A DNA stretch of 64,000 nt from Calditrichota bacterium. Its GTDB lineage: Bacteria > CLD3. The stretch lies in contig QQUF01000040.1 in assembly GCA_008501735.1 (NCBI GenBank), positions 70,431-134,430 on the forward strand. The letters are read 5' to 3'. The position numbers and the translations under genes were made by a program. The notes under the pieces are model-generated. The model had not been told where the DNA came from. It saw only the letters and a program-made list of their open reading frames with translations, and made no database searches. Below are positions 42,815 through 52,465 of the stretch, in pieces (positions within the stretch are counted from its first letter, which is position 1; every line of letters begins with the position of its first letter).

Positions 42815-44158
42815 TTATTTTAAAAGCAACATTTTCTTAGTTTGACTTTCATTACCGATTTTCAATCTGTAGAGATAAACTCCTGAACTGACGCTTTTGC
42901 CAAAGTTGTCTGTTCCGTCCCAAATTACAGAGTTTTTACCTGAATTGCTTGGCAAAATCCATTCTCTCACCTTTTGTCCAAGAACATTAAAAATTGATAA
43001 TTTCGCCAATTCATAATTCGTATTTTTCAACTCGTAATTGATTGTCGTGGAAGGGTTGAACGGATTCGGATAATTTTCGAGAAGTTGGATTGTGTTTGGC
43101 AGTTGTGGAATTTCCGAGTTTGTTTCTTCGGAGATTGAGACGACTCCTCCATTAAGAGTTCTAATTATTGTTCCGTCATTTCCAACAGCAAAACCAATAT
43201 CTTGATTTATAAAATGAAAATTATTCATTCTTTTATTCGTTGGAATTGAATTTAAATCCCAGGTGTATCCTCCATTTAATGTTTTTTTAAAGTAAGAAAT
43301 TGTAGAATCTGGGTATTGAAACGAATTCCACTGACGACAAATTATGTATCCAATATTATCATTTAGAAAATAGATTTTATCTATACCAAAAGCGTCATCG
43401 TAATGTATTTCAGACCAATTGTTTCCGCCATCAATTGTTTTTTGAATTTTTCCAACTAAAAATAATTCCAACCAACCCACAATATTCTTAACTTTAACTC
43501 CACTTGTTATAACATACCCATTATTATTTCTAAAAAAAATATCTTGGTACTCTATAGAAAAATTAACTTGTTGAAAAAAAATAGAGTTCCAATTTAATCC
43601 ATAGTCAAAAGTTCGTTCTAACCATGCTCCTATTAATTGAAACGCTGTTGAATCATTTTTAAAATGAAATTTATGACTCAAAGAACTTGGTAAAGCTGAA
43701 AATGGAAACCAATTAATTCCTCCGTCAATAGTTTTATATAAATTTTGTTGTTCTATTACGAACCCTATATCTTCTGTTACAAATTGAATATCATAAATAA
43801 TTTGTCCTAAAAAATTATTTATTTCAAACCAAGAATAACCTGCATCTTCAGTTTTGAGAATTTTAGCTCCTGTACCAAGTATAAAACCGTCACTTGGACT
43901 AACAAAAATTATTTTTTTAAAGTCAATATTTGGTAAAGTAAATTCTGGAAGTTTTTGCCAAGTAATGCCTAAATCATTTGAAGATAAGATGGTTGCTGAG
44001 TCACCAACAGCAAAGAGTTTATTGCTGTCAAATAAACTTGTAATGGAATTCAAATTATTATTTTGAATTTTTGGTAATAACTCCCAAATTGTTTGCTGTG
44101 CTTTCACTTTAAAATTCAAAGCAAATATCAAAAGAAGTGAAAAGGTTAAGACTTTCAT
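42815..44158 (-). CDS. YCF48/BNR-repeat protein with FlgD/T9SS-type C-terminal domain (paralog)
   Basis: 'KTxDGGxNW' repeats; ATG 44158 with the same RBS and signal peptide as the neighbour; near-identical CTD. Confidence 0.88.
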   Translation of the reverse strand: MKVLTFSLLLIFALNFKVKAQQTIWELLPKIQNNNLNSITSLFDSNKLFAVGDSATILSSNDLGITWQKLPEFTLPNIDFKKIIFVSPSDGFILGTGAKILKTEDAGYSWFEINNFLGQIIYDIQFVTEDIGFVIEQQNLYKTIDGGINWFPFSALPSSLSHKFHFKNDSTAFQLIGAWLERTFDYGLNWNSIFFQQVNFSIEYQDIFFRNNNGYVITSGVKVKNIVGWLELFLVGKIQKTIDGGNNWSEIHYDDAFGIDKIYFLNDNIGYIICRQWNSFQYPDSTISYFKKTLNGGYTWDLNSIPTNKRMNNFHFINQDIGFAVGNDGTIIRTLNGGVVSISEETNSEIPQLPNTIQLLENYPNPFNPSTTINYELKNTNYELAKLSIFNVLGQKVREWILPSNSGKNSVIWDGTDNFGKSVSSGVYLYRLKIGNESQTKKMLLLK

Positions 44159-44242
44159 TTCGAGACTCCAAATTTTTAATGTTACAATCTTAAATGCTTT
44201 TCGAGGTAAAAAAGTTCCCAACTTTTTTAAAATCAATGAAAT

Positions 44243-44275
44243 AAAAAAGCCCCGACAAAATTTGTCGGGGCTTTT
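44243..44275 (-). terminator. Intrinsic terminator of the sigma factor gene
   Basis: AAAAGCCCCGACAAA..TTTGTCGGGGCTTTT with U-tract on the minus strand. Confidence 0.85.
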
Positions 44276-44282
44276 AAAAGTT

Positions 44283-45140
44283 TTAACCTAAGTAGCTTCT
44301 TAAAGGTCTGCTTCTTGACTTGTGTCTAAGTCTGCGAATTGCCTTTTTCTTGATTTGTCGCACGCGTTCACGAGTGAGGTTGAATTGCTCGCCGATTTCT
44401 TCAAGTGTAAGAGGTTTTTCTCTGTCAATTCCGAAGTAAAGCTGAATGACTTTTTTCTCTCTTTCTGTAAGAGTGTCTAAAACTCTTTCGATTTCGATTT
44501 TGAGAGATTCTGTCAATAAAGCTGTGTCAGGAGAAGGTTTTTGGTCACTTGGAATTACGTCCAAAAGACTGTTCTTTTCACCTGCTTGGAAAGGTTCGTC
44601 AAGTGAAGAATGTCTGCTTGAAATCTTCAAAGTATTAGAAACTTCGTAAGGATTCAAGTTAAGTTCTTCAGCAATTTCTGTTGTTGTTGGTTCACGTTCA
44701 CTGATTTGCTCAAGTTCGCTTGCAACTTTGCTGATTTTGTTGAGAGTTCCAACTCTGTTCAGCGGAAGTCTTACCACTCTTGAGTGTTCTGCCAAAGCCT
44801 GTAAAATCGATTGGCGAATCCACCAAACAGCGTAAGAAATAAATTTGAATCCTCTAGTTTCATCAAATCTTTTCGCAGCTTTAATCAATCCCAAATTACC
44901 TTCGTTAATAAGGTCACCAAGGGAAAGACCTTGATTTTGATATTCTTTTGCCACACTAACAACGAATCTCAAGTTAGAGATTGTCATTTTTTCAAGAGCC
45001 CAAGAATCACCTTCACGAATTTTCTTTGCAAGGTCAATCTCTTCCTGAGGTGTCAAAAGATTGACATCGCTGATTTCTTGCAAATATCTTTCTAAGGATT
45101 GATTCTCTCTTGTTTTATTCTTTGTGGTAATTACCGACAT
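44283..45140 (-). CDS. rpoD: RpoD/SigA-like sigma-70 factor, short FCB-type lacking region 1.1
   Basis: '[10 protein letters not shown]', '[10 protein letters not shown]', '[12 protein letters not shown]', 'TLEEIG...LTRERVRQI'. Confidence 0.9.
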   Translation of the reverse strand: MSVITTKNKTRENQSLERYLQEISDVNLLTPQEEIDLAKKIREGDSWALEKMTISNLRFVVSVAKEYQNQGLSLGDLINEGNLGLIKAAKRFDETRGFKFISYAVWWIRQSILQALAEHSRVVRLPLNRVGTLNKISKVASELEQISEREPTTTEIAEELNLNPYEVSNTLKISSRHSSLDEPFQAGEKNSLLDVIPSDQKPSPDTALLTESLKIEIERVLDTLTEREKKVIQLYFGIDREKPLTLEEIGEQFNLTRERVRQIKKKAIRRLRHKSRSRPLRSYLG

Positions 45141-45326
45141 CTATAATCCTGTTCTTTTAATAAGTTAATTTCTTCAAAATGTGATAGACCTCACAAAAAA
45201 GGTCGGGACTTAAACAAAGCAAACTCCAAATAGTTCCCAAAAATTTTCATTTTTTTCATTTTTTTATAAAATCACTCTTGTAAATTACGCAATCGTGAAT
45301 TTTAAATCAAAACGCGGAGTTAAAAA

Positions 45327-46817
45327 GTGCGAAAAATAAAAAAAGTATTAATAGCAAACAGAGGCGAAATCGCTGTCAGAGTGATTCGGGCTTGTCACGA
45401 ACTCGGAATCGAAACAGTTGCAGTTTTCAGTGATGCAGACAGACTTGCAAAACACGTAAAATTAGCAGATTACGCTTACTACATTGGCGAAAGCCCTTCC
45501 TCAAAAAGTTATTTGGTTGCAGATAAAATCTTAAAAGTTGCTCAAGAATCCAAAGCTGATGCAATTCATCCGGGTTATGGATTTATGTCGGAAAACGGAG
45601 AATTTGCAGATTTGGTCAGAAGTCTTGGAATTGCTTTCATAGGACCTTCTTCCTATGCAATGAAAGCTATGGGAAATAAAACTTCTGCTCGTGAATTAAT
45701 GATCAAAGCAGGAGTTCCTGTTGTTCCCGGAACAGAATCAGGAATCACTGACATCGAAGAAGCAAAAGTTGTTGCTGACGAAATCGGTTATCCAATTTTA
45801 ATCAAAGCGGCTTCTGGTGGTGGTGGAAAGGGAATGCGAGTTGTTGAGCAAAAAGAAGATTTTGAAAAAATGATGAGAATGGCTCAAAGTGAAGCAGGTT
45901 CTTCGTTTGGTGACTCAACAGTTTACATCGAAAAGTATTTGGAAAAACCAAGACACATCGAATTTCAAATTCTTGGAGACCAACAAGGAAACGTTGTTTA
46001 CTTAGGAGAAAGAGAATGTTCAATCCAAAGACGACACCAAAAAGTTGTTGAAGAGGCTCTTTCGGCTGTTTTGACTCCTGAACTTCGTAAAAAAATGGGT
46101 GAAATGGCTGTTAAGAGTGCAAAAGCAGTTGGTTACTACAATGCTGGAACAATCGAATGTTTGATTGACAAAGATTTGAATTACTACTTTTTGGAAATGA
46201 ACACTCGTTTACAAGTAGAACATCCTGTTACAGAAATGGTTACAGGAATTGACCTTGTGAAAGAACAAATCAATATCGCAGAAGGTGGCGAATTACCTTT
46301 CACTCAAGAAGACATTAAGTTCAACGGACACGCAATTGAATGCAGAATTTACGCTGAAGATTGTGTGAATAATTTTGCTCCTTCTATCGGAAAAATCACG
46401 AGTTTAATTCCCGCCGATGGCTTTGGAATTCGTGAAGACAGTGGAATTTATCAAGGACAGGAAGTTAGTGTTTATTACGATCCAATGCTTTCAAAGCTTT
46501 GTGCTTGGGGACGAGATAGAAACGAAGCAATTGCGAGAATGAAACGTGCTTTGGACGAATACGAAATCAGAGGAGTGAACACAACAATTCCATTTTGCCG
46601 ATTTGTTTTGAACCACGAAGCATTTGTTTCAGGAGATTTTGACACTCATTTTGTAAAAAATTATTTTGACCCGAAATATTTAACGGAAATTGGCGAAGAG
46701 GAAGAAAATGCTTTGATTGCGGGAGCGGCAGCTTTTTCTGAACTCAAAACTAAGAAAATTGTAAACATTCCAAACAACGGTCAAAGTAACTGGAAACTTA
46801 AGAGAATTAAGAATTAA
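45327..46817 (+). CDS. accC: Biotin carboxylase subunit of acetyl/propionyl-CoA carboxylase
   Basis: 'ANRGEIA', 'HPGYGFMSEN', 'GGGGKGMR', 'RECSIQRRHQK', 'EMNTRLQVEH'; no biotinyl domain. Confidence 0.95.
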   Translation: MRKIKKVLIANRGEIAVRVIRACHELGIETVAVFSDADRLAKHVKLADYAYYIGESPSSKSYLVADKILKVAQESKADAIHPGYGFMSENGEFADLVRSLGIAFIGPSSYAMKAMGNKTSARELMIKAGVPVVPGTESGITDIEEAKVVADEIGYPILIKAASGGGGKGMRVVEQKEDFEKMMRMAQSEAGSSFGDSTVYIEKYLEKPRHIEFQILGDQQGNVVYLGERECSIQRRHQKVVEEALSAVLTPELRKKMGEMAVKSAKAVGYYNAGTIECLIDKDLNYYFLEMNTRLQVEHPVTEMVTGIDLVKEQINIAEGGELPFTQEDIKFNGHAIECRIYAEDCVNNFAPSIGKITSLIPADGFGIREDSGIYQGQEVSVYYDPMLSKLCAWGRDRNEAIARMKRALDEYEIRGVNTTIPFCRFVLNHEAFVSGDFDTHFVKNYFDPKYLTEIGEEEENALIAGAAAFSELKTKKIVNIPNNGQSNWKLKRIKN

Positions 46818-46829
46818 GAATTTATTTTT

Positions 46830-46857
46830 GTAGAGACGTAATGCATTGCGTCTCTAC
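46830..46857. repeat. 28-bp REP-like palindrome
   Basis: GTAGAGACGTAATGCATTGCGTCTCTAC. Confidence 0.85.
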
Positions 46858-47035
46858 AAGCAAAATTTTGGGTAGTAGTGCTTTTGGTGTTACTACCTTT
46901 TTTGTTTTCAAGAGTTTGTTTCAGAACTTTAATTAATGATTTGGAGGTTTGGGAAATCTTTTTTTCAAATTGGTGCAACTTTTTGAGGACTCGGATTGTT
47001 CAAGTTTAAACTAAGTCCCCAAAAAATTCTAAAAA

Positions 47036-48232
47036 GTGGAGAATCTTATGCATCTGATTCAACAAATCCAAAATGAACTTTCTTCCAAAAGTCTTGACGG
47101 TTGGTTGTTTTATGATTTTCGAGGAACAAATATTTTAATGAGAAGGATTCTGAAACTTCCTGAAAATCAAGTTCTTACGAGACGTTACCTGTATTACGTT
47201 CCTGCAATCGGTGAGCCTGTTAAAATTGTTCACAAAATTGAAGCTGGAAATCTTGACACACTTCCCGGAGACAAAAGAACTTACAGCAGTTGGCAAGATT
47301 ACGAAATGGCAATTCACCACACTTTACCAAGAGGTTCAAGAGTCGCAATGGAATTTTCGCCGAAAAATGCAATTCCTTACGTCTCGAGAGTTGATGCAGG
47401 AACTGTTGATATGATTAGAGAATTTGGAGTCGAAGTTGTTTCTTCAGCGGATTTGGTTCAACTTTTTGAAGCTGTTTGGGACGATTACAAATGGGAAACT
47501 CACCAAAGAGCCGCAAAACTTGTGATTGAAACAAAAGACGAAGCATTTAATTTTATCCGAGAGAAAATTACAGCAAAAGAACAACTTACAGAATACGATG
47601 TTCAGCAATTTATTTTACAAAAATTTGAAGAAAAAGATTTGTACACCGACCACTCACCGATTGTTGCAGTGAATGGAAACAGTGGAAATCCTCATTACGA
47701 ACCGCAAATTGACAAACACGATGAAATTAAAGAAAACGATTTTGTTCTGATTGACCTTTGGGCAAAAACTAAAGAGAAAGGTTCTGTTTTTGCAGACTAC
47801 ACTTGGACAGGTTTTGTCGGTACAGAAGTCCCTGAAGAACATTCAAAGATTTTTGAAATTGTTGCAGGGGCAAGAGATACAGCAGTTGAGTTTTTGAAAA
47901 GTCAATTTTCAAAAGGGCAATTTGTCGCTGGCTGGGAAGTTGACAGAATTACAAGAAAATATATAATTGAGCACGGTTACGGAGATAAATTTATTCACAG
48001 AACAGGACATTCTATTGGTGAAGAGGACCACGGAAATGGTGCGAATATTGACGACTTAGAAAACCACGACACAAGGCAAATTTTACCTCAAACTTGTTTT
48101 TCGATTGAACCCGGGATTTATTTGGATAAATTTGGAGTTAGGAGTGAAATCAATGTTTTTATTACCAAAGATAGAGAAGTAATTGAAACAGGAACTCCAA
48201 AACAAATTGAAGTTTTAAAAATTTTAAGTTGA
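47036..48232 (+). CDS. M24 family (Xaa-Pro aminopeptidase-like) metallopeptidase
   Basis: 'NPHYEP', 'LIDLW', 'ADYTW', 'HRTGHSIG', 'SIEPGIY', 'GVRSE'; start may be ATG 47048. Confidence 0.92.
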   Translation: MENLMHLIQQIQNELSSKSLDGWLFYDFRGTNILMRRILKLPENQVLTRRYLYYVPAIGEPVKIVHKIEAGNLDTLPGDKRTYSSWQDYEMAIHHTLPRGSRVAMEFSPKNAIPYVSRVDAGTVDMIREFGVEVVSSADLVQLFEAVWDDYKWETHQRAAKLVIETKDEAFNFIREKITAKEQLTEYDVQQFILQKFEEKDLYTDHSPIVAVNGNSGNPHYEPQIDKHDEIKENDFVLIDLWAKTKEKGSVFADYTWTGFVGTEVPEEHSKIFEIVAGARDTAVEFLKSQFSKGQFVAGWEVDRITRKYIIEHGYGDKFIHRTGHSIGEEDHGNGANIDDLENHDTRQILPQTCFSIEPGIYLDKFGVRSEINVFITKDREVIETGTPKQIEVLKILS

Positions 48233-48234
48233 AA

Positions 48235-48819
48235 ATGACACAAGTTCAAGAAAAAAAATACTACACTTTAGAAGAATACTTTGAATTAGAAAGTAAATCT
48301 GATGAAAAGCACGAGTTTTACAAAGGTGAGATTTTTGCAATGTCGGGTGGTTCTTTCAATCACAATTTGATTGCTTCGAATATTTTAGGTGAGTTTAGGA
48401 ATTTGCTTAAAGGTAAGCCTTGCATAGTGCTTGGAAGTGACTTAAAAGTTCAAGTTAAAGAAAATGGGCTTTACACTTATCCTGACGTAAGTGTAATTTG
48501 TGGTGAACCTGAATTTGTTGAGGAAAGAAATGACACTGTTAAGAATCCACTTTTGATTGTTGAAGTTCTTTCGGAATCAACGGCAGATTATGACAAAGGT
48601 GGGAAATTCACGCTTTACAGAGACATTGATTCGCTAAGGCACTATATTTTGGTTGAGCAAAAAGAAGCTCGTGTGGAGTATTTTTACAAAAATGAAAAAG
48701 AGCATTGGGAGTTGGTAGAGTTTAGAAATGTTAGCGAAACTTTGAAAATTGAGAATCTGAATATCGAAATCCCTTTAGATGAAATTTATCAGAAAATTAC
48801 TTTTGAAGAAAAGAACTGA
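48235..48819 (+). CDS. Uma2 family PD-(D/E)xK endonuclease-like protein
   Basis: 'YTLEEY...KHEF..GEIFAMSGGS..H', 'YPDVSV', 'VEVLSEST..YD..GKF..Y'. Confidence 0.92.
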   Translation: MTQVQEKKYYTLEEYFELESKSDEKHEFYKGEIFAMSGGSFNHNLIASNILGEFRNLLKGKPCIVLGSDLKVQVKENGLYTYPDVSVICGEPEFVEERNDTVKNPLLIVEVLSESTADYDKGGKFTLYRDIDSLRHYILVEQKEARVEYFYKNEKEHWELVEFRNVSETLKIENLNIEIPLDEIYQKITFEEKN

Positions 48820-48843
48820 CAGGTTTTTGAACCTGTCAGTTCT
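48812..48843. repeat. Palindrome overlapping the Uma2 stop (terminator or REP-like)
   Basis: AGAACTGACAGGT...ACCTGTCAGTTCT. Confidence 0.7.
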
Positions 48844-48850
48844 GGTTTGT

Positions 48851-49315
48851 TTAATCAATAAAAGTGTGAAGCGTCTTTTGACTTTTTGGGTCTAAGGAAT
48901 CCATCGTAGTTACGACGAACAAATCGCCTGCAATATCTTCAATCAAAACACTTCCATCTTCACGAAGTTTGGGCCAAGCGTCAAGTTTTGTGTGAAAAAC
49001 TCTTTGACCTTGTTTAGTCATTACTTCCCAAACTCGAAGCTCAATTTCGTCCTCAACACGTAAAATGCTTGTAATTTCCATCACGAATGAAATCCGTTCA
49101 AGATAAGTTTGAATGACTGACTTTGTTTCTTTGTCCAAAGTATTTACGTCTTCAATCAAAAATACTTCATTTTCATCGTCGTTTCTAAGAGAAAGAAATT
49201 TTGTTGGGTCTGACCAAGGGAAGCATTGTTTTACACTAACTTCCATTTCCCCTTTACCATTTTTGAAGTAAAGGAGATTGTTTTCTTTAAGATAAATTTT
49301 ATAATTTTTGCTCAT
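48851..49315 (-). CDS. DUF1854 family protein
   Basis: 'CFPWSDP..FLSL...ENEV..I', 'WEV.T..G.R.F', 'LIEDIAGD.F', 'LDPKS'; downstream of an ABC transporter; start 49315 or 49342. Confidence 0.8.
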   Translation of the reverse strand: MSKNYKIYLKENNLLYFKNGKGEMEVSVKQCFPWSDPTKFLSLRNDDENEVFLIEDVNTLDKETKSVIQTYLERISFVMEITSILRVEDEIELRVWEVMTKQGQRVFHTKLDAWPKLREDGSVLIEDIAGDLFVVTTMDSLDPKSQKTLHTFID

Positions 49316-49358
49316 TATTTTTTCCGTTTTTTGATACATCAAATTTAAAAAATTTGAT

Positions 49359-49386
49359 GTAGAGACGCACGGCGGTGCGTCTCTAC
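49359..49386. repeat. 28-bp REP-like palindrome
   Basis: GTAGAGACGCACGGCGGTGCGTCTCTAC. Confidence 0.88.
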
Positions 49387-49443
49387 TAAAAGATAAACTG
49401 AAATTCTATTTTCCAGATTCTAAAAACAATTTTATTTCTACTT

Positions 49444-49471
49444 GTGGAGATGAAAAGCCATTCGTCTCCAC
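49444..49471. repeat. 28-bp REP-like palindrome (variant)
   Basis: GTGGAGATGAAAAGCCATTCGTCTCCAC, 57 nt from the previous copy. Confidence 0.75.
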
Positions 49472-49506
49472 CGACTAATTTTTCAGAATACTCGTTAATC
49501 TCCACT

Positions 49507-51795
49507 TTAAACTGGGAAGAGTTCGTGCATCTGATGCTGTAATTCGTGTAATTTGCGATAAACTCCATTTTCGATTTCCAGTAATTCTAAATGGTTTCCA
49601 CGTTCAACTATTTTACCGTCTTCGATTACGAAAATTCTGTTTGTCTTTCGTAAAGTAGAGAGTCGGTGAGCAATTGCAAACACTGTTCGACCTTCAATTA
49701 GTCTGTCGAGTGCTTCTTGAATTTTAAATTCTGTTTCGGTATCAACAGCACTTGTTGCTTCGTCCAAAATCAAGATTTTCGGATTGTGCAAAATCGCACG
49801 TGCAATCGAAATTCTTTGTCTTTCGCCACCTGAAAGAGTATGACCTCTTTCTCCAACAACTGTGTCGTAGCCGTAAGGAAGTTTCAAGATAAATTCGTGA
49901 GCATTCGAGATTTTTGCAGCTTCGATAATTTGCATCATTGTTGGGTTCTCAATTCCGTAACCGATATTCTCGGAAATTGTTCCGTGAAAAAGGTAAGGGT
50001 CTTGCAAAACCATTCCAACTTGTTGCCTGTAAGAACCGATTTCAATGTCTTTGATGTTGTGTCCGTCAATCAAGATTTCTCCGCCAACTGCATCGTAAAA
50101 ACGTGCAATTAGTTTTGTGATTGTTGTTTTTCCTCCTCCAGAAGGACCAACCAAACCAATCATTTCACCTTCTTTGACAGAAAAATTCATATCCTTGATG
50201 ATTTTACGAACACCATCGTAACTGAAAGCAACATTTTTGAAATCAACGTTTCCTTTGAGGTCTTCAATTTTAACCGCACTTTCTTTTTCGGTTACAGTCG
50301 GATTTGTGTCGAGAATCTCGAAAATCCTGTAAGCCGAACTTGTCGCCCTATTTAACATTCTTGCCATTTGACCGATTACTTCAATTGGTTGAGTAAACAT
50401 CGTCATATAAAGCAAAAATGACACGAAAGTTCCCGCAGTTAAGTGCGAAGCAGAAGTTTCAGGACTGATTAATCTTGGAACAGCAAAAACCCAAACACCA
50501 AGAATTAACATCTGAATTCCAAGCATTAAAAAGGGCCAAAACTTTGTCCAAGATTCGTGAATCACAAAGAATTCCTCCGTTACAGTTTCGTTCCTTTGGC
50601 TGAATCTTTCAGTTTCGTGTTGTTCCTGATTAAAAGCCTTTACTACTTGCATCCCTGGAATTGTGTCTGAAAGAACGTCAGTCAAGTTTGACCATTTTCG
50701 CCAAGCCTTCAAAAACATCTTCTTCATTCGTTCTCCGTGAAGGAAAATCGAATAGAGTAGAAAAGGAACAGGCAAAGTGATAAAAAGACCGAGTTTCCAA
50801 TCCATCGAAATCAAGACTGTACTAAGCCCAATCAAAGTAATGATTGAAATCGAGACTTCAACAACTCCAAATGCAACAAAATCCCAAATCCTATCAGTGT
50901 CAGAACTAACACGACTGATTATGCTTCCTGTTTGCTTTTTAGAGTAAAAGTCAAGACTCAAAGTTTGCAAATGTCGATAAAGTTCGTCACGTAAATCTCG
51001 TGCAACTTTTTCACCCATAATTGACATTTTATTCAAACGAATCCAAATGAAAAATTCTCTCAAAACGTAGATTAAAGCGATTGTTGCCACTAAAGTCCAA
51101 GCAATTTCACTTGCTTCGTCTGAGGTGAGATTTCCATCTTGAAAAGGTTGAATTACCGAGTCAATTAAGTAACCTGAAATGTATGCAGGAACCAAAGAAA
51201 CAATTGTTGTCAAAACTGCACCAATCATTCCGATTGTCAGTTCTTTTTTGTAAGGAAGCAAGTAGCTTAAAAGCCTCCATAAAACTGAATTTTTATCCTT
51301 CGAGAAACTGTTTTGAGCTTCGGTTACGGGTTTTAAAATTGCGTTTACGTACTCTGTGTCTGCATCAAAAGAAGAATTTCCGAAAACACCGTCTTCAATT
51401 TTCTCTTCAACTACGTACTTCAAATGACCCATAATTATTTTTTGTCTATGAGTGTATGAAACTGAAATTAGTGGTTGAACGTCATCGCTTGCCAAAAAGA
51501 GTAGAGTTGTGCAACTTACCGACTCAACTTCTTTGACGCTTTTGATTTCAGCAATTTTAATTTTTGATTTTAATTTGTACTCTCTGTTTTCTTCTAAAAT
51601 TAAGTAGAGAAATTCAGGAGTAAGGACTAACCAAGAGCCTCTAAACATTAAGTTTTCGTCAAGGTCAGAAAATGCATAAAGTTTGATTTCGTTGTTCTTT
51701 TCTTGTTTAAGAACTAGCTCTCGGACTTCCTTAGGAAGTTTACTTTTTTGTTTTAAATATTTTTCAATGTATTCAAATTTTAGATTTGTTTCCAT
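49507..51795 (-). CDS. ABC exporter (TMD+NBD) with ~170-aa N-terminal extension
   Basis: Walker A GPSGGGKT, LSGGE, ILDEATS, AHRLST; six-TM permease. Confidence 0.95.
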   Translation of the reverse strand: METNLKFEYIEKYLKQKSKLPKEVRELVLKQEKNNEIKLYAFSDLDENLMFRGSWLVLTPEFLYLILEENREYKLKSKIKIAEIKSVKEVESVSCTTLLFLASDDVQPLISVSYTHRQKIIMGHLKYVVEEKIEDGVFGNSSFDADTEYVNAILKPVTEAQNSFSKDKNSVLWRLLSYLLPYKKELTIGMIGAVLTTIVSLVPAYISGYLIDSVIQPFQDGNLTSDEASEIAWTLVATIALIYVLREFFIWIRLNKMSIMGEKVARDLRDELYRHLQTLSLDFYSKKQTGSIISRVSSDTDRIWDFVAFGVVEVSISIITLIGLSTVLISMDWKLGLFITLPVPFLLYSIFLHGERMKKMFLKAWRKWSNLTDVLSDTIPGMQVVKAFNQEQHETERFSQRNETVTEEFFVIHESWTKFWPFLMLGIQMLILGVWVFAVPRLISPETSASHLTAGTFVSFLLYMTMFTQPIEVIGQMARMLNRATSSAYRIFEILDTNPTVTEKESAVKIEDLKGNVDFKNVAFSYDGVRKIIKDMNFSVKEGEMIGLVGPSGGGKTTITKLIARFYDAVGGEILIDGHNIKDIEIGSYRQQVGMVLQDPYLFHGTISENIGYGIENPTMMQIIEAAKISNAHEFILKLPYGYDTVVGERGHTLSGGERQRISIARAILHNPKILILDEATSAVDTETEFKIQEALDRLIEGRTVFAIAHRLSTLRKTNRIFVIEDGKIVERGNHLELLEIENGVYRKLHELQHQMHELFPV

Positions 51796-52007
51796 CTTTG
51801 TAGCCTATGATTTAAAAGTTTCAAACTTGGTGGATGTTTTAGTTGCGATAGTTTATGTGACAAAATCAGTCTTAGTTTATCAAATCTATTGGGAACAAAT
51901 TCGAAATTAGCGACTCTAAATTTCCAAACATCAACAGCAATATTTTGATTGCCAGAATTAAAAACAGCACTTAAGGCTGTCATTGCGTAAGTTTTTGTGT
52001 TAAACAT
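51780..52007 (-). CDS. Putative 75-aa small protein overlapping the ABC exporter start
   Basis: GGAG RBS 9 nt upstream of ATG; stop overlaps the ABC start region. Confidence 0.45.
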   Translation of the reverse strand: MFNTKTYAMTALSAVFNSGNQNIAVDVWKFRVANFEFVPNRFDKLRLILSHKLSQLKHPPSLKLLNHRLQRWKQI

Positions 52008-52158
52008 TTCTGTTTACTCCATAATTTTATTAAACAAAGTGAATCAAAGGCACAAAATTAGCCAATAATTCGACAATTATCGAAATCCAAAAAAGAGGAC
52101 TTCCAGTGTATTAAAAAGTTAAAAAAGTGATTTTAAAGAGAGAGAAAAGAGGTTGCTT

Positions 52159-52281
52159 TTAGCAATCGGTTTTGGGGTTAAACCAATGATTGGCTAAAGC
52201 GTTTGGATTGCCAAAATCTCTCGAAGCTACCACTCTAACTGCACTGACTTTTGGTCCGTAAAATCTTTGTAGGATTTGCAT
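52159..52281 (-). CDS. Putative 40-aa peptide (MQILQRFYGPKVSAVRVVASRDFGNPNALANHWFNPKTDC)
   Basis: Hand-translated; GGAG 7 nt upstream of ATG; stop lies within a hairpin followed by a pyrimidine tract. Confidence 0.45.
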   Translation of the reverse strand: MQILQRFYGPKVSAVRVVASRDFGNPNALANHWFNPKTDC

Positions 52282-52465
52282 TAGTAATCTCCGAGTTTTT
52301 GGAAGTTGAATTATTTGTAAAAAATAAGTTCGGCTATTTTAAGGCTTTTTGACAAATTTTGCAAGAAATAATTTTCCATTATAAAAATTTTATTGGAAAT
52401 TTTCTCAAATTTTTACGTTCTTAGTTTCTTCACAGGGTAAAAATATTCTATAAAAATCAAATTTT

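Noticed and set aside
40643..43147. Duplicated CTD regions as a DGR template/variable repeat pair
   Set aside because: Both copies are coding, differences involve all bases and are mostly synonymous rather than adenine-specific, and no reverse transcriptase is in the window
49386..49568. 60-aa minus-strand ORF between ABC and DUF1854
   Set aside because: Overlaps the ABC 3' end and runs through REP palindromes; no RBS
52047..52063. GG-N10-GC (AGGCACAAAATTAGC) sigma54-like site on the plus strand
   Set aside because: Weak flanks and about 400 nt from the next plus-strand gene
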